Assembly: GCA_964236315.1 (NCBI GenBank)
Contig: CAXSER010000001.1
Span: forward strand, 1-43,453
DNA from: an uncultured Acetobacteraceae bacterium
GTDB lineage: Bacteria; Pseudomonadota; Alphaproteobacteria; Acetobacterales; Acetobacteraceae
Direction of reading: 5' to 3'
DNA length: 43,453 nt
The stretch's first letter is position 1. The number at the start of each line of letters is the position of its first letter. Shown in pieces: positions 26,893-36,976 of this stretch. The position numbers were made by a program, and so were the translations under genes. The notes under the pieces were generated by a model. That model was not told where the DNA came from. It ran no database searches and saw only the letters and a list, made by a program, of their open reading frames with translations.

Positions 26893-27052
26893 CTGCTGTC
26901 CGCCGTCCGGCCGCAAACCCGGCGGGCGAGAGGACAAAGGCCGGGGCAGCCCCATGTCACGGCCAGAGTGGCGCCACGCGAGCCGTGTGCCCGCCTCGCC
27001 CGGAGCGCGTGCCGGGCACGAGGGACCTCCTTTTGCCCGGGCAGTGCTGCGC

Positions 27053-27841
27053 ATGGATGCACCGATGACTCCCCGGGGCGAGACCGTCAGCCCGGTGCCC
27101 GTGATCGAGGTGGCCGGACTGTCGAAGCGGTTCGGCCAGACGCTCGCGGTCGGCGGCATCGACGTGGTCATCGGGGCCGGCGAGACGGTCGGGCTGCTCG
27201 GCGGCAACGGCGCCGGCAAGACCACCACCATCGCCATGCTGCTCGGCCTGCTGGTGCCGACGTCGGGCAGCATCCGTATCCTCGGCCACGACATGGCGCG
27301 CGACCGCTTCTCCGCGCTCGCCCGGATGAACTTCTCCTCCCCCTACGTCGCCCTGCCGAGCCGGCTCAGCGTGGCCGAGAACCTGCGCGTGTACGGCCAC
27401 CTCTACGGCGTCAGGCGGATCGGACGCCGCATCGAGGAGCTGGCGGTCCAGCTCGACCTCGGCGACCTGCTGGCCCGCCCCGCCGGCCAGTTGTCCGCCG
27501 GGCAGAAGACGCGGGTCGCGCTGGCCAAGTCGCTGATCAACCGCCCCGACGTGCTGCTGCTCGACGAGCCGACCGCGAGCCTGGACCCCGACACCGGCGA
27601 CCTGATCCGCGGCTGGCTGGAGCGCTACCGGGCGGAGTCGGGCTGCACGATCCTGCTGGCCTCGCACAACATGGCCGAGGTGGAGCGGCTCTGCGGCCAG
27701 GTGCTGATGATGAAGCAGGGCCGCATCGTCGACCGCGGCACGCCGGCGGCGCTGCTGGAGCGCTACCACCGCGACGACCTCGAGGAGGTGTTCCTCGACA
27801 TCGCCCGCGACCGCACTGCCGCGGCAGAAGTCGCGGCATGA
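27053..27841 (+). CDS. ABC transporter ATP-binding protein (ABC-2 type exporter)
   Basis: 'GGNGAGKTT', 'LSAGQKTRVALAKS', 'LLLDEPTASLD'. Start is tentative; the ATGs at 27053 and 27065 are both possible. Confidence 0.85.
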   Translation: MDAPMTPRGETVSPVPVIEVAGLSKRFGQTLAVGGIDVVIGAGETVGLLGGNGAGKTTTIAMLLGLLVPTSGSIRILGHDMARDRFSALARMNFSSPYVALPSRLSVAENLRVYGHLYGVRRIGRRIEELAVQLDLGDLLARPAGQLSAGQKTRVALAKSLINRPDVLLLDEPTASLDPDTGDLIRGWLERYRAESGCTILLASHNMAEVERLCGQVLMMKQGRIVDRGTPAALLERYHRDDLEEVFLDIARDRTAAAEVAA

Positions 27842-28641
27842 GCGGGCCGGCAGGCCGGATCTGGGGCCTCGTCTACCGCCATCTCGCGCTCTACCGCGGC
27901 TCCTGGCCGCGGCTGCTGGAGCTGAGCTACTGGCCGATCCTGCAGATGTGCATCTGGGGCTTCACCTCGACGTATTTCGCGGGCCGCATGTCCGGCTCGG
28001 CCGCGGCGATGACGGTCTCGGCCCTGCTCGGCGGCGTGCTGCTCTGGGAGGTGACGCTGCGCACCCAGATGGGCCTGTCGGCCACGTTCCTGGAGGAGCT
28101 GTGGTCGCGCAACCTCGGCCACGTGTTCGTAAGCCCTCTGCGGCCCTGGGAGATGATGGCGGCGCTCACCGTGATGTCGGTGCTGCGCATGCTGGCCGGC
28201 GTGCTGCCCGCGGTGCTGCTAGCCTGGGCGATCTACCGTTTCGACCTGTTCTCCATCGGCGCGCCGCTCGTCCTGTTCGTCGCGGCCTTGATGCTGATGG
28301 GGTGGTGCGTGGGGCTGGGCGTGATGTCGCTGATCCTGCGCCACGGGCTCGGCGCCGAGGCGCTGGCCTGGTCGGTGACCTTCGGCCTGGCGCCGTTCTC
28401 CTGCGTGTTCTACCCGGTCTCCGCCCTGCCCGAGGTGCTGCGGCCGGTGGCGTTCGCCCTGCCGTCCAGCCACGTGTTCGAGGGGCTGCGCGCGATCATG
28501 GCCCAGGGCGTGGTGCGCTGGGACCAGCTGGGGTGGGCGTTCGGCCTGGACGGCGTATGGCTCGCGGCCGCGGTGCTGCTGTTCCTGCGCCAGTTCCAGT
28601 CCGCGCGGGTGCGCGGCGCCCTGCTGAGCATCGGCGAGTAG
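27838..28641 (+). CDS. ABC-2 family transporter permease
   Basis: ATGA start/stop overlap with the ATPase gene. About six hydrophobic helices. Confidence 0.8.
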   Translation: MSGPAGRIWGLVYRHLALYRGSWPRLLELSYWPILQMCIWGFTSTYFAGRMSGSAAAMTVSALLGGVLLWEVTLRTQMGLSATFLEELWSRNLGHVFVSPLRPWEMMAALTVMSVLRMLAGVLPAVLLAWAIYRFDLFSIGAPLVLFVAALMLMGWCVGLGVMSLILRHGLGAEALAWSVTFGLAPFSCVFYPVSALPEVLRPVAFALPSSHVFEGLRAIMAQGVVRWDQLGWAFGLDGVWLAAAVLLFLRQFQSARVRGALLSIGE

Positions 28642-28653
28642 CAGCGAAAGCCA

Positions 28654-28773
28654 GCAAGGTTGAGGCTCTGCCTCAAACTCCGCCAAAGGCTCGCCTTTGG
28701 AATCCACTTTTTTAAGGAAAGGGTTTCCAAAGGGCTCGGCCCTTTGGCGGGTCCGGGCAGAGCCCGGCCTTGC
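28654..28773 (+). repeat. Copy B of the ~120-bp nested-palindromic element
   Basis: This is the best-preserved copy. It starts 12 nt after the permease stop. Internal hairpins are CCAAAGGC-tc-GCCTTTGG and CCAAAGGGC-tcg-GCCCTTTGG. Confidence 0.88.
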
Positions 28774-28856
28774 TTTCCGAAGAGTCACGTCTCGGGCTGG
28801 ACAGGGATCGGCGCCCGGACCTACCCCCTTCGCGACGCCTGCCAGGAGAATATCCG

Positions 28857-29483
28857 ATGACCCGCTTCCACCTCATCCGCCACGCCCTGGTGGAGGAGAG
28901 CGCGCGCCTGGTGCTGTACGGCACCATGGACGTCCCGCTCTGCCCGGAGACCCTGGCGGCGCAGTCCGGCCAGTACGCCGCGCTCGCCGGGCGCCTGCCG
29001 CGCGACGCCGCCTGGTACGTCACCCCGCTGCAGCGCACCCTCAGTACCGCGCAGGCGATCCAGCGCGCCGGCTACCCCGCGGTGGTGCCCGGCGTGGAGC
29101 CCGACCTCGTGGAGCAGCACCTCGGCGACTGGCAGGGCCTTGTCCACGCCGAGCTGCCGCCGCTGCTGGCGCGGCCTGCCCACACCTTCTGGCCGCTGGC
29201 CGGGGACGAGCGCCCGCCCGGCGGCGAGAGCATGCAGGAGGTGATCGGGCGCGTCGGCCCGGTGCTGGAGCGCCTGGCGAAGGCGCACCCCGGCGAGGAG
29301 CTGGTGGTGGTCTGCCACGGCGGCGTGATCCGCGCCGCGATCGCCCACGCCATGGGCATTCCCGCCGACGCCGCGCTGCACCTGTCGGTGCAGAACCTGT
29401 CGGTGAGCGTGCTGGAGCGCCACCCGCGCGCCTGGAGGGTGGTCTGCGTGAACGAGGTGCCCGGCTACTTCGGTGTCAGGTAG
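28857..29483 (+). CDS. Histidine phosphatase (phosphoglycerate mutase-like/CobC-like) family protein
   Basis: 'FHLIRHA' (RHG-type motif) and '…VVCHGGVIRA'. AGGAGA precedes the ATG at 28857. Confidence 0.8.
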   Translation: MTRFHLIRHALVEESARLVLYGTMDVPLCPETLAAQSGQYAALAGRLPRDAAWYVTPLQRTLSTAQAIQRAGYPAVVPGVEPDLVEQHLGDWQGLVHAELPPLLARPAHTFWPLAGDERPPGGESMQEVIGRVGPVLERLAKAHPGEELVVVCHGGVIRAAIAHAMGIPADAALHLSVQNLSVSVLERHPRAWRVVCVNEVPGYFGVR

Positions 29484-29637
29484 GCCTTACGCCGACCCCG
29501 CCCGGCTCGCGGCCCGGTCGCGACGGCGGTTCGCAGGAGGCATACCGGTTGCCGTCACCTCACGTCGCGCGTGAGAGCTTCTTGGTATCGCCATGTTTCG
29601 TCGCTACAAAGCCGGCATACGATGGGGAGAGGCCGCA

Positions 29638-30459
29638 ATGGTCCGCAGGCTTGTGGCCGCTACGATGACCGTGCTGTGCGCCCTGTCGCTCGGCGGGTGC
29701 GAGACGGGCGCGCCGGACCAGGTCCGCGCGCAGCAGCAGCAGGAGCTGGTGGACCGCGCGACGCTTGCCGCGCAGGACCTGCTCAACCCCGTCACCGGCA
29801 AGGTCGCGGCACGGACGCTGCGCAAGGCGCGCGCGGTGATGATCTGCCCGCGCGTGTTCCGCGTGGGCTTCCTGTTCGGCGGCGAGGGCGGCGGCTGCGT
29901 CCTGCTGGCGCGCGGCGGCAACGGCTCATGGTCGGCGCCTGCGTTCTACAGCCTGGGCAACGGCAGCTTCGGCCTGCAGGCGGGCATGCAGGACGCCGAG
30001 CTGATGATGATGATCATGACCAACCGCGGCCTCGACGCGGTGATGGACAGCCAGTTCAAGATCGGGGCCGGCGCCTCGGTGGCGCTGATCACGCTGGGCG
30101 GCGGGGTCGGGGGCGATACCACTGCGGCGCTGAACGCCGACATCATCGCGTTCGAGCGCACCCGCGGGCTGTACGCCGGCATCTCCCTGGAGGGCGGGGT
30201 GATGACCGCCGACAGCATCGGCGACCGCGCCTACTACAACCAGGACATCGGCTCGCGCGGCATCGTGATGGCGATGCACGCCAACAACCCCGGCGCGGAC
30301 CCGCTGCGCGCCGTCCTGATGCGGTTCGGCAACCAGGAGCCCGCCCCCGCCGCCATGCCGTACGGCGCGGCGCCGTACGGGCAGTTCCAGGACCCCGGGC
30401 CGATGTCGACGGCGCCGCGCGGCGCCGTGCAGCAGCAGATGCTTCCCCCGCCGCGCTGA
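29638..30459 (+). CDS. SYLF (DUF500/Ysc84-like) lipid-binding domain lipoprotein
   Basis: Lipobox 'LSLGGC', '…GGEGGGCVLLARGGNGSWSAPAFYSLGNGSFGLQAG…', '…GLYAGISLEGGV…'. The C-terminal tail is Pro/Gln-rich. Confidence 0.75.
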   Translation: MVRRLVAATMTVLCALSLGGCETGAPDQVRAQQQQELVDRATLAAQDLLNPVTGKVAARTLRKARAVMICPRVFRVGFLFGGEGGGCVLLARGGNGSWSAPAFYSLGNGSFGLQAGMQDAELMMMIMTNRGLDAVMDSQFKIGAGASVALITLGGGVGGDTTAALNADIIAFERTRGLYAGISLEGGVMTADSIGDRAYYNQDIGSRGIVMAMHANNPGADPLRAVLMRFGNQEPAPAAMPYGAAPYGQFQDPGPMSTAPRGAVQQQMLPPPR

Positions 30460-30521
30460 ACCCGGACGGGCGGCGGACACGCCAGGCAAGGCGGCGTCCT
30501 CGGGGCAGGCGGGCGTTCCTG

Positions 30522-30551
30522 TTGGACACAGGGCGGTGCGGGCGGTATTAT
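30522..30551 (+). promoter_or_regulatory. Candidate sigma70-type promoter for the MFS gene
   Basis: TTGGAC-N18-TATTAT, about 60 nt upstream of the ATG at 30614. Confidence 0.3.
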
Positions 30552-30613
30552 GCTGCAGTGCACAATAAGCGCCCGTGGTCAATTCGGTGCCTTGTGCCCG
30601 TCCGGAGAACGCC

Positions 30614-31831
30614 ATGCGCCTCGCCCTCCTGGCCCTCGCGGCCGCCTCGTTCGGCATCGGCACCACCGAGTTCGTCATCATGGGCCTGCTTCCCGACGTG
30701 GCGCGCGACCTCTCGGTCAGCATCCCTCGGGCCGGGCTGCTGGTGTCGGGCTACGCGATCGCGGTCACGGTGGGCGCGCCGCTGGTGGCCATCGCGACCG
30801 CGCGCCTGCCGCGCAAGCGGACCCTGCTCCTGCTCATGGCGATCTTCGTCGCTGGCAACGCCTGCTGCGCGCTGTCGCCCAGCTACGGGCTGCTGATGGT
30901 CTCGCGCGTGTTCACCGCCTTCGCGCACGGCTCGTTCTTCGGCATCGGCGCCGTGGTGGCGGCCGACCTCGTGCCACGCGACCGACGGGCGCAGGCGATC
31001 TCGCTGATGTTCGCCGGCCTGACGCTGGCCAACGTCTTGGGGGTGCCGGTCGGCACCATCCTCGGCCAGGCGTTCGGCTGGCGGGCGACCTTCTGGGCGG
31101 TGGTGGTCATCGGCCTGCTCGCGGCCGTCGCCCTGGCGCGCTGGGTGCCCGACCTGGCCACCGATCGCTCCGCCCGCCTCGCCCGTGAGTTCCGCACCCT
31201 GCGCCGGCCGCAGGTGCTGCTCGCCATGCTGATCAGCGCGCTGTCCTCGGTCAGCCTGTTCAGCGTGTTCACCTACATCACGCCGCTGCTGGAGCAGGTC
31301 TCCGGCTTCACGCCGCACGGGGTGAGCGTCGCGCTGCTGCTGTTCGGGGTCGGCCTCACGGTCGGCAACATGGTGGGCGGGCGGCTCGCGGACTGGCGGC
31401 TGATGCCGGCGGCGATCGGCTGCCTCGTGGCGCTGGTCGCCGTGCTCGTCCTGTTCGGCGAAACCCAGCACTCGGCGGTGCCGGCGCTGATGACCCTCGT
31501 GCTGTGGGGCGCGATCGCGTTCGCGGTCGTCTCGCCGCTGCAGATGCGGGTGCTCGACCAGGCGTTCGAGGCGCCGAACATGGCCTCGATCCTCAACCAG
31601 GGCGCCTTCAATCTTGGCAACGCCAGCGGCGCCTGGCTGGGCGCCGCGGCGATCGCCGGCGGCGTGCACTACGCCACCCTGCCCTGGATCGGCGCCGCCG
31701 CCGCGGCAGTGGCGCTGGGGTTCGCGGTGCTGTCGCTGATGCTGGAGCAGCGGAGCGGAGCGGCGCGGCGCTTGCCCGGCCGTGACGGCCGGTGTCCCGC
31801 AGCCCCGGCTGTCCCGGGAGGCCTGGGTTGA
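30614..31831 (+). CDS. MFS transporter (DHA1-type efflux permease)
   Basis: 'FGIGTTEFVIMGLLPDVARDL…' and 12 predicted TM segments. Confidence 0.85.
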   Translation: MRLALLALAAASFGIGTTEFVIMGLLPDVARDLSVSIPRAGLLVSGYAIAVTVGAPLVAIATARLPRKRTLLLLMAIFVAGNACCALSPSYGLLMVSRVFTAFAHGSFFGIGAVVAADLVPRDRRAQAISLMFAGLTLANVLGVPVGTILGQAFGWRATFWAVVVIGLLAAVALARWVPDLATDRSARLAREFRTLRRPQVLLAMLISALSSVSLFSVFTYITPLLEQVSGFTPHGVSVALLLFGVGLTVGNMVGGRLADWRLMPAAIGCLVALVAVLVLFGETQHSAVPALMTLVLWGAIAFAVVSPLQMRVLDQAFEAPNMASILNQGAFNLGNASGAWLGAAAIAGGVHYATLPWIGAAAAAVALGFAVLSLMLEQRSGAARRLPGRDGRCPAAPAVPGGLG

Positions 31832-31987
31832 TCCCTGTCTGCGGCCCGGCAGGCGGGTTCGCGGCGCTGCCTGAACGGAGCCAGCGGCGGGACTTGCGGG
31901 CCTGTCTGCGCCCGTGCCGACACCGGGCCGCGTGCATCGTGCCGGTCCGAGGCTGACGCCGGGCTCGCGGCACCCTATCTTGCGGCC

Positions 31988-32575
31988 ATGCCGAATGAGC
32001 CGTTCTGGACCACCAAGACGCTTGCCGAGATGAGCACGGCCGAGTGGGAGTCGCTGTGCGACGGCTGCGGGCGCTGCTGCCTGCACAAGCTGCGCGACGA
32101 GGACACCGACGCGCTCGCCTACACCGACGTGTCATGCCGCCTGCTGGATCGCACCAGCTGCCGCTGCTCGGACTACGCGCGGCGGCAGCGTCGGGTGCCG
32201 GACTGCGTGTCGCTCACGCCGGCGGCGCTCGCGGAGATCGACTGGCTGCCGCCGAGCTGCGGCTACCGCCGTGTCGCGGAGGGCAGGGGTCTCGCCTGGT
32301 GGCACTGGCTGGTGTCGGGAAGCGCCGACACCGTGCACGAGGCCGGGATCTCCGTCCGCGGCCGGGTGATCGACGAGCGGGTCGCGGGCGCCCTGGAGGA
32401 CCACGTCGTGTCGTGGCCGGACCGCGAGCCGCGCACCCGCCGGCCCGCGACGCCGCCGCGTGTGAGCAGGCGTCCCGCGGGGGGCGTCGTGTCCGCGGTT
32501 CGCCAGCCCGGCGAGGCAGGAGCTGTCGCCGAGGCCGCCGCGGGCGTCGTCGATCCCGAGGACAACCCGGGATAG
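31988..32575 (+). CDS. ycgN: YcgN-family cysteine-cluster protein (UPF0260) with a low-complexity C-terminal extension
   Basis: '[30 protein letters not shown]…[14 protein letters not shown]…'. Confidence 0.8.
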   Translation: MPNEPFWTTKTLAEMSTAEWESLCDGCGRCCLHKLRDEDTDALAYTDVSCRLLDRTSCRCSDYARRQRRVPDCVSLTPAALAEIDWLPPSCGYRRVAEGRGLAWWHWLVSGSADTVHEAGISVRGRVIDERVAGALEDHVVSWPDREPRTRRPATPPRVSRRPAGGVVSAVRQPGEAGAVAEAAAGVVDPEDNPG

Positions 32576-32767
32576 GGCGACCCGGCTGGACGGGCCGCGA
32601 GGTCCCGCCGCGCATCCTGCCCGCACCTCCTCAGACAGTGTTGCGCAATCCGGGCATGCGCTGGCGGGCAGGGAGAGTCGTCCCGAGGTCCTGCCGTGCC
32701 TGCCGCTCCTGCGCCGGACGATCCACGCCCGCTGGCGAGACGATCCCGGCCGGTCCGTCAGGCGATC

Positions 32768-33184
32768 CTATTCGCCGATGACATGGAGCGCGATCTCCCG
32801 GCGGTGCGGCGCGGAACGGTGCTCGAAAAGGTAGAGGCCCTGCCAGGTGCCGAGCACCATCCGCCCTGCCTCCACCGGGATGCTCAGTTGCACCGCAGTC
32901 AGTGCCGAGCGGATATGGGCGGGCATGTCGTCCGCGCCCTCGGAGCTGTGGCGGTAGTCGGCATCCTCCGGGGCGAAGGCGGCGAACGCGTCCAGCAGGT
33001 CGGCCCGCACGTCGGGATCGGCGTTCTCCTGCACCAGGAGGGACGCCGAGGTGTGCCGGCACCACAGCGTCAGGAGCCCGGCGTCGATCGCCTGCTCCGC
33101 CAGCCAGCGCGCGACCGGAACCGTGATCGGCCAGAGGCCCTGCCCGCGGGTGGTCACGACGAGTCGGTGCTGCGCCTGTCTCAT
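32768..33184 (-). CDS. yjbQ: YjbQ/UPF0047 family (secondary thiamine-phosphate synthase) protein
   Basis: '…LLTLWCRHTSASLLVQENADPDVRADL…DDMPAHIRSALT…GTWQGLYLFEHR'. Confidence 0.85.
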   Translation of the reverse strand: MRQAQHRLVVTTRGQGLWPITVPVARWLAEQAIDAGLLTLWCRHTSASLLVQENADPDVRADLLDAFAAFAPEDADYRHSSEGADDMPAHIRSALTAVQLSIPVEAGRMVLGTWQGLYLFEHRSAPHRREIALHVIGE

Positions 33185-33423
33185 GACGCCGCAACGCCCC
33201 GGAGCGCGCAACGTTCTCGCACGTCAGCCGTCGAGGGGCAATGCGGCGTCCCCGAACCGCAAGCGATCATCCCGCACGCGGCCTCGAGGCTTGCCCGGAA
33301 GACCTGGAGCCTGCCGCCGCTCCAGGTCCGCGCGCCCCGGGCGGCAGGGCCGGCGCGGGACGCACGCCGCCGCAGGCCGTGGCGGCCCGGCCGGAGTCCT
33401 GTCCCGCCACGGCGACCTGCGCC

Positions 33424-34233
33424 CTACTCCTGGACCTCGTCGGTGACCACCTTGAAGCCGGTCAGCGTGTTCTTGCCGAACGTGTTGCTGATCGCGACGT
33501 CGGAGGCGTCCCGGCCGTGGCCGATGAGGATGCGGCCGATGCGGCGACGGTTGTGGCGCGCGTCGAAGGTGTACCAGCGGCCGCCGAGATAGGCCTCGAA
33601 CCAGCCCGACCAGTCCATGGGGTCCGGCGAGACGGGCACGCCGATGTCGCCGAGGTAGCCGGTGCAGTAGCGCGCGGGGATGTTCATGCAGCGGCACAGC
33701 GTGGTCGCCAGGTGTGCGAAGTCGCGGCACACCCCGCGCTTCTCCTCGAACGCCTCGTAGGCGGTCTTGGTCGCGCGGGCGTACTGGTAGCCGAAGGTGA
33801 CGTGCTCGTTGACCCACTTGACGATGCCGGCCACGCGCGCCCAGCCCAGCGGCAGGTGGCCGAAGGTGTTCCAGGCGAAGTCCGACAGCCGGTCGGTCTC
33901 GCAGTAGCGGCTGCCCAGCAGGTAGACCAGCACCTCGTCCGGCAGCTCCTCCACCGGATGCTGCACGGCGTCGGGCGCCTCCTCGTCGAGCTCGCCCGTG
34001 TCCGTGACCAGGGCGTCGGCGCGCAGCGTGATCGGGCCCTTCGGCGCCACGAGGCGCAGGCAGATGTTGTCGAACACGTCGCGGTACGAGGTGATCGGCA
34101 CCGCCGGCTCGGTGGTCATGGTGTCGTCGGACAGCAGGTCGTGCGCGCGGGAGGGATGGACGTTCAGCATAAGCATCATGGGCGTCGGCTGCGCACAGTC
34201 GAATGTCAGCTCGTAGCCGATGCGGATCTGCAT
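33424..34233 (-). CDS. Transglutaminase-like cysteine protease family protein
   Basis: '…GVCRDFAHLATTLCRCMNIPARYCTGYL…WFEAYLGGRWYTFDARHN' gives the Cys-His-Asp core. ATG at 34233. Confidence 0.85.
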   Translation of the reverse strand: MQIRIGYELTFDCAQPTPMMLMLNVHPSRAHDLLSDDTMTTEPAVPITSYRDVFDNICLRLVAPKGPITLRADALVTDTGELDEEAPDAVQHPVEELPDEVLVYLLGSRYCETDRLSDFAWNTFGHLPLGWARVAGIVKWVNEHVTFGYQYARATKTAYEAFEEKRGVCRDFAHLATTLCRCMNIPARYCTGYLGDIGVPVSPDPMDWSGWFEAYLGGRWYTFDARHNRRRIGRILIGHGRDASDVAISNTFGKNTLTGFKVVTDEVQE

Positions 34234-34467
34234 ACCCCGGATTCCTTCCTGCCCTGACCGGATGCGGGACCTGCCTGCGGCGTCCCGACCCCGGCGCCCC
34301 CATGCACATCGCACGCCACTGGCAGGCCCGACCTCGCATCCTGGCCGCCGCGCGTCAACGCCGCCGGCACGCGAACGCAACGGTCAAGACCGCATCGAGT
34401 GGTGCCGCACCCCTCCGGCGCCGCGGGCGGGAGGCGAGGTCCCGGGCCGGGCAGGAGGCCCGGGGCG

Positions 34468-34605
34468 CTACTTCCTCAGTATCCGCAGCGTGCGCTGCCA
34501 CCAGTAGCGCTTGCGCAGCCAGTTCCTGATGTCGCCCTGGAAGTACCAGCCGAAGGAGCCGAACCAGGCCGCCACGCACAGGACGCCGAGGATCCAGTTG
34601 AGCAT
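34468..34605 (-). CDS. Candidate 45-aa small membrane protein (below the ORF-track size cut-off)
   Basis: My own translation is MLNWILGVLCVAAWFGSFGWYFQGDIRNWLRKRYWWQRTLRILRK. It has one hydrophobic helix and a basic, Trp-rich tail. GAAGGAA lies 7 nt upstream of the ATG. Codons are GC3-rich. Confidence 0.4.
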   Translation of the reverse strand: MLNWILGVLCVAAWFGSFGWYFQGDIRNWLRKRYWWQRTLRILRK

Positions 34606-34852
34606 GTCTCGCGTTCCTTCGCGCCAGTGGTGTCGCCGCCCCGTCGGCGCCGCTCCGGCCTGATCCGGGATGGCGTCGTCGTCGTCCTGCCCGCGCGGCC
34701 CGGGCGTTCCGGGTGGCGGGCCGTCACGCGAGCCTGTCGCCGATCCGCGAGCGGACCTCGCGCCGCTGGCCGATCAGCCGCATCCGTTTCCTGCGCCCTG
34801 GCATCCAGCGTGCCGCCCCGGAGACAGGGACGGGTGCGCCGGCCGGGATTCA

Positions 34853-34881
34853 TTGCAGGTTGCGTATCCCGCCGCTATCCT
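34853..34881 (+). promoter_or_regulatory. Candidate promoter for cspA
   Basis: TTGCAG-N17-TATCCT. This would give a ~120-nt 5' UTR, as is typical for cold-shock genes. Confidence 0.3.
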
Positions 34882-35008
34882 CCGGACAACGCGAGATCGG
34901 CGGCATCAACGAGACCGGTTGCGCGTGGGAGAGGGTCCGGACACCGGGCCTGACGTTCAACATGGCTGCCGGCACCGACCCGGCCGCCTCCGCACGGAAG
35001 GCATTTTC

Positions 35009-35221
35009 ATGTCCAACGGGACAGTGAAGTGGTTCAACCCCACGAAAGGCTACGGCTTCATCGCGCCGGACACCGGCGGCAAGGACATCTTCGTGCACAT
35101 TAGCGCCGTGCAGAAGGCGGGGCTGGGCGCCCTCAACGAGGGCCAGAAGGTCGGCTTCGAGGTGGAGCACCAGCAGAACGGCCGGGCGGCCGCGGTGAAC
35201 CTCTCCGGTGCCGCCTCATAG
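35009..35221 (+). CDS. cspA: Cold-shock protein (CspA family)
   Basis: '[34 protein letters not shown]' contains the RNP1 and RNP2 motifs. Confidence 0.93.
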   Translation: MSNGTVKWFNPTKGYGFIAPDTGGKDIFVHISAVQKAGLGALNEGQKVGFEVEHQQNGRAAAVNLSGAAS

Positions 35222-35253
35222 GACACGGCCACGAGGCGACCCGGCCGCCGTTC

Positions 35254-35466
35254 TCAGCGCCGCGCGACCTCCGCACGGATCGCTGCCGCCAGCACCGGGT
35301 TCGCCCGCCTGATCTGCCCGACACGCAACGCGAAGCCGCTCCCCCACTTCGGGTCCCGCTCCCAGGCCTCCAGGAACATCAGGTCGGCGACCACAGGCGG
35401 ATCGCTGACCTGATCGAGGGCCTCCCGCAACGCGGCGGTCATCATCGGGGTGGTAACGGCACTCAT
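35254..35466 (-). CDS. Hypothetical 70-aa protein
   Basis: AGGAGA lies 6 nt upstream of the ATG at 35466. The composition is realistic (MSAVTTPMMTAALREALDQVSDPPVVADLMFLEAWERDPKWG…). The longer track ORF (to 36051) is the ahcY shadow frame. Confidence 0.45.
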   Translation of the reverse strand: MSAVTTPMMTAALREALDQVSDPPVVADLMFLEAWERDPKWGSGFALRVGQIRRANPVLAAAIRAEVARR

Positions 35467-35636
35467 CACGCTCTCCTGCAGCCCAGTGGGGTGCAATCTG
35501 GTCGCGCTTGGTCTCACAAACAGGCGAAGATTTCGTGAACGCCGGGCGAGGGCGCTGCGGCCCCGCATCCCGGTGTCGGCAGTTCCTGCGACACCCTGCG
35601 TCGGGGCTGGCCGGCCCCGACACAGGTGCCGTCTTC

Positions 35637-36956
35637 TCAGTAGCGGTAGAGGTCGTGCTTGAACGGGCCGTTCGACCCGGGCAGGCCGATGTAGGCCGCC
35701 TGCGCCGCCGTCAGCTTGGTCAGCTTGGCGCCGACCTTGGCGAGGTGCAGGGCGGCGACCTTCTCGTCGAGCGACTTCGGCAGGGTGTAGACCTCGCCGG
35801 TGCCATACTTGCCGGCGGGCGCCGTCCACAGCTCGATCTGCGCCAGCGTCTGGTTGGTGAAGGACGCCGACATCACGAACGACGGGTGGCCGGTGGCGTT
35901 GCCGAGGTTCACGAGGCGCCCCTCGGACAGCACGATCAGGCGCTTCTTGTCGGGGAACACCACCTCGTCGACCTGCGGCTTGACGTTCTCCCAGGTGTAG
36001 TTGCGCAGCGCCTCGATCTGGATCTCGCTGTCGAAGTGGCCGATGTTGCACACGATCGCGCGGTTCTTCATCGCGCGCATGTGGTCAATGGTGATGACGT
36101 CGACGTTGCCGGTCGCGGTGACGAAGATGTCGCCGCGAGGTGCGGCGTCCTCCATGGTGACGACCTCGTAGCCCTCCATCGCCGCCTGCAGCGCGCAGAT
36201 CGGGTCGGCCTCGGTCACCAGCACGCGGCAGCCGCCGTTCTTCAGCGAGGCGGCCGAGCCCTTGCCCACGTCGCCGAAGCCCGCGACCACGGCGACCTTG
36301 CCGGCCATCATCACGTCGGTGCCGCGGCGGATCGCGTCGACCAGGCTCTCGCGGCAGCCGTACAGGTTGTCGAACTTGGACTTCGTCACGCTGTCGTTGA
36401 CGTTGATCGCGGGCACCTTGAGCGTGCCGGCCTTGGCCATCTCCCACAGGCGGTGCACGCCGGTGGTGGTCTCCTCGGAGATACCGCGCACGTCGGCCAG
36501 CATCTCGGGATACTTGTCGTGCATCAGCACGGTCAGGTCGCCGCCGTCGTCGAGGATCATGTTCGGAGTCCAGCCGTCAGGCCCGCGCACCGTCTGCTCG
36601 ATGCACCACCAGAACTCCTCCTCGGACAGGCCCTTCCACGCGAACACCGGGGTGCCGGCCGCTGCGACGCCGGCCGCCGCATGGTCCTGCGTCGAGAAGA
36701 TGTTGCACGACGACCAGCGCACCGTGGCGCCCAGCGCGGTCAGCGTCTCGATCAGCACGGCGGTCTGGATGGTCATGTGCAGGCAGCCCGCGATGCGCGC
36801 GCCGGCCAGCGGCTTGCTCTCGCCGTACTCCTCGCGCAGCGCCATCAGGCCGGGCATCTCGTCCTCGGCCATCAGGATCTCCTTGCGGCCCCACGCGGCC
36901 AGGGAGATGTCGGCGACCTTGTAGTCGTGGTCCGAGGTGACGTTGGTGTCGGGCAT
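35637..36956 (-). CDS. ahcY: Adenosylhomocysteinase (short type, without the usual bacterial insertion)
   Basis: '…[39 protein letters not shown]…', '…[12 protein letters not shown]…', and C-terminal '…[10 protein letters not shown]'. Confidence 0.93.
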   Translation of the reverse strand: MPDTNVTSDHDYKVADISLAAWGRKEILMAEDEMPGLMALREEYGESKPLAGARIAGCLHMTIQTAVLIETLTALGATVRWSSCNIFSTQDHAAAGVAAAGTPVFAWKGLSEEEFWWCIEQTVRGPDGWTPNMILDDGGDLTVLMHDKYPEMLADVRGISEETTTGVHRLWEMAKAGTLKVPAINVNDSVTKSKFDNLYGCRESLVDAIRRGTDVMMAGKVAVVAGFGDVGKGSAASLKNGGCRVLVTEADPICALQAAMEGYEVVTMEDAAPRGDIFVTATGNVDVITIDHMRAMKNRAIVCNIGHFDSEIQIEALRNYTWENVKPQVDEVVFPDKKRLIVLSEGRLVNLGNATGHPSFVMSASFTNQTLAQIELWTAPAGKYGTGEVYTLPKSLDEKVAALHLAKVGAKLTKLTAAQAAYIGLPGSNGPFKHDLYRY

Positions 36957-36976
36957 AGTGGCTCCTGCGCTGCGGC

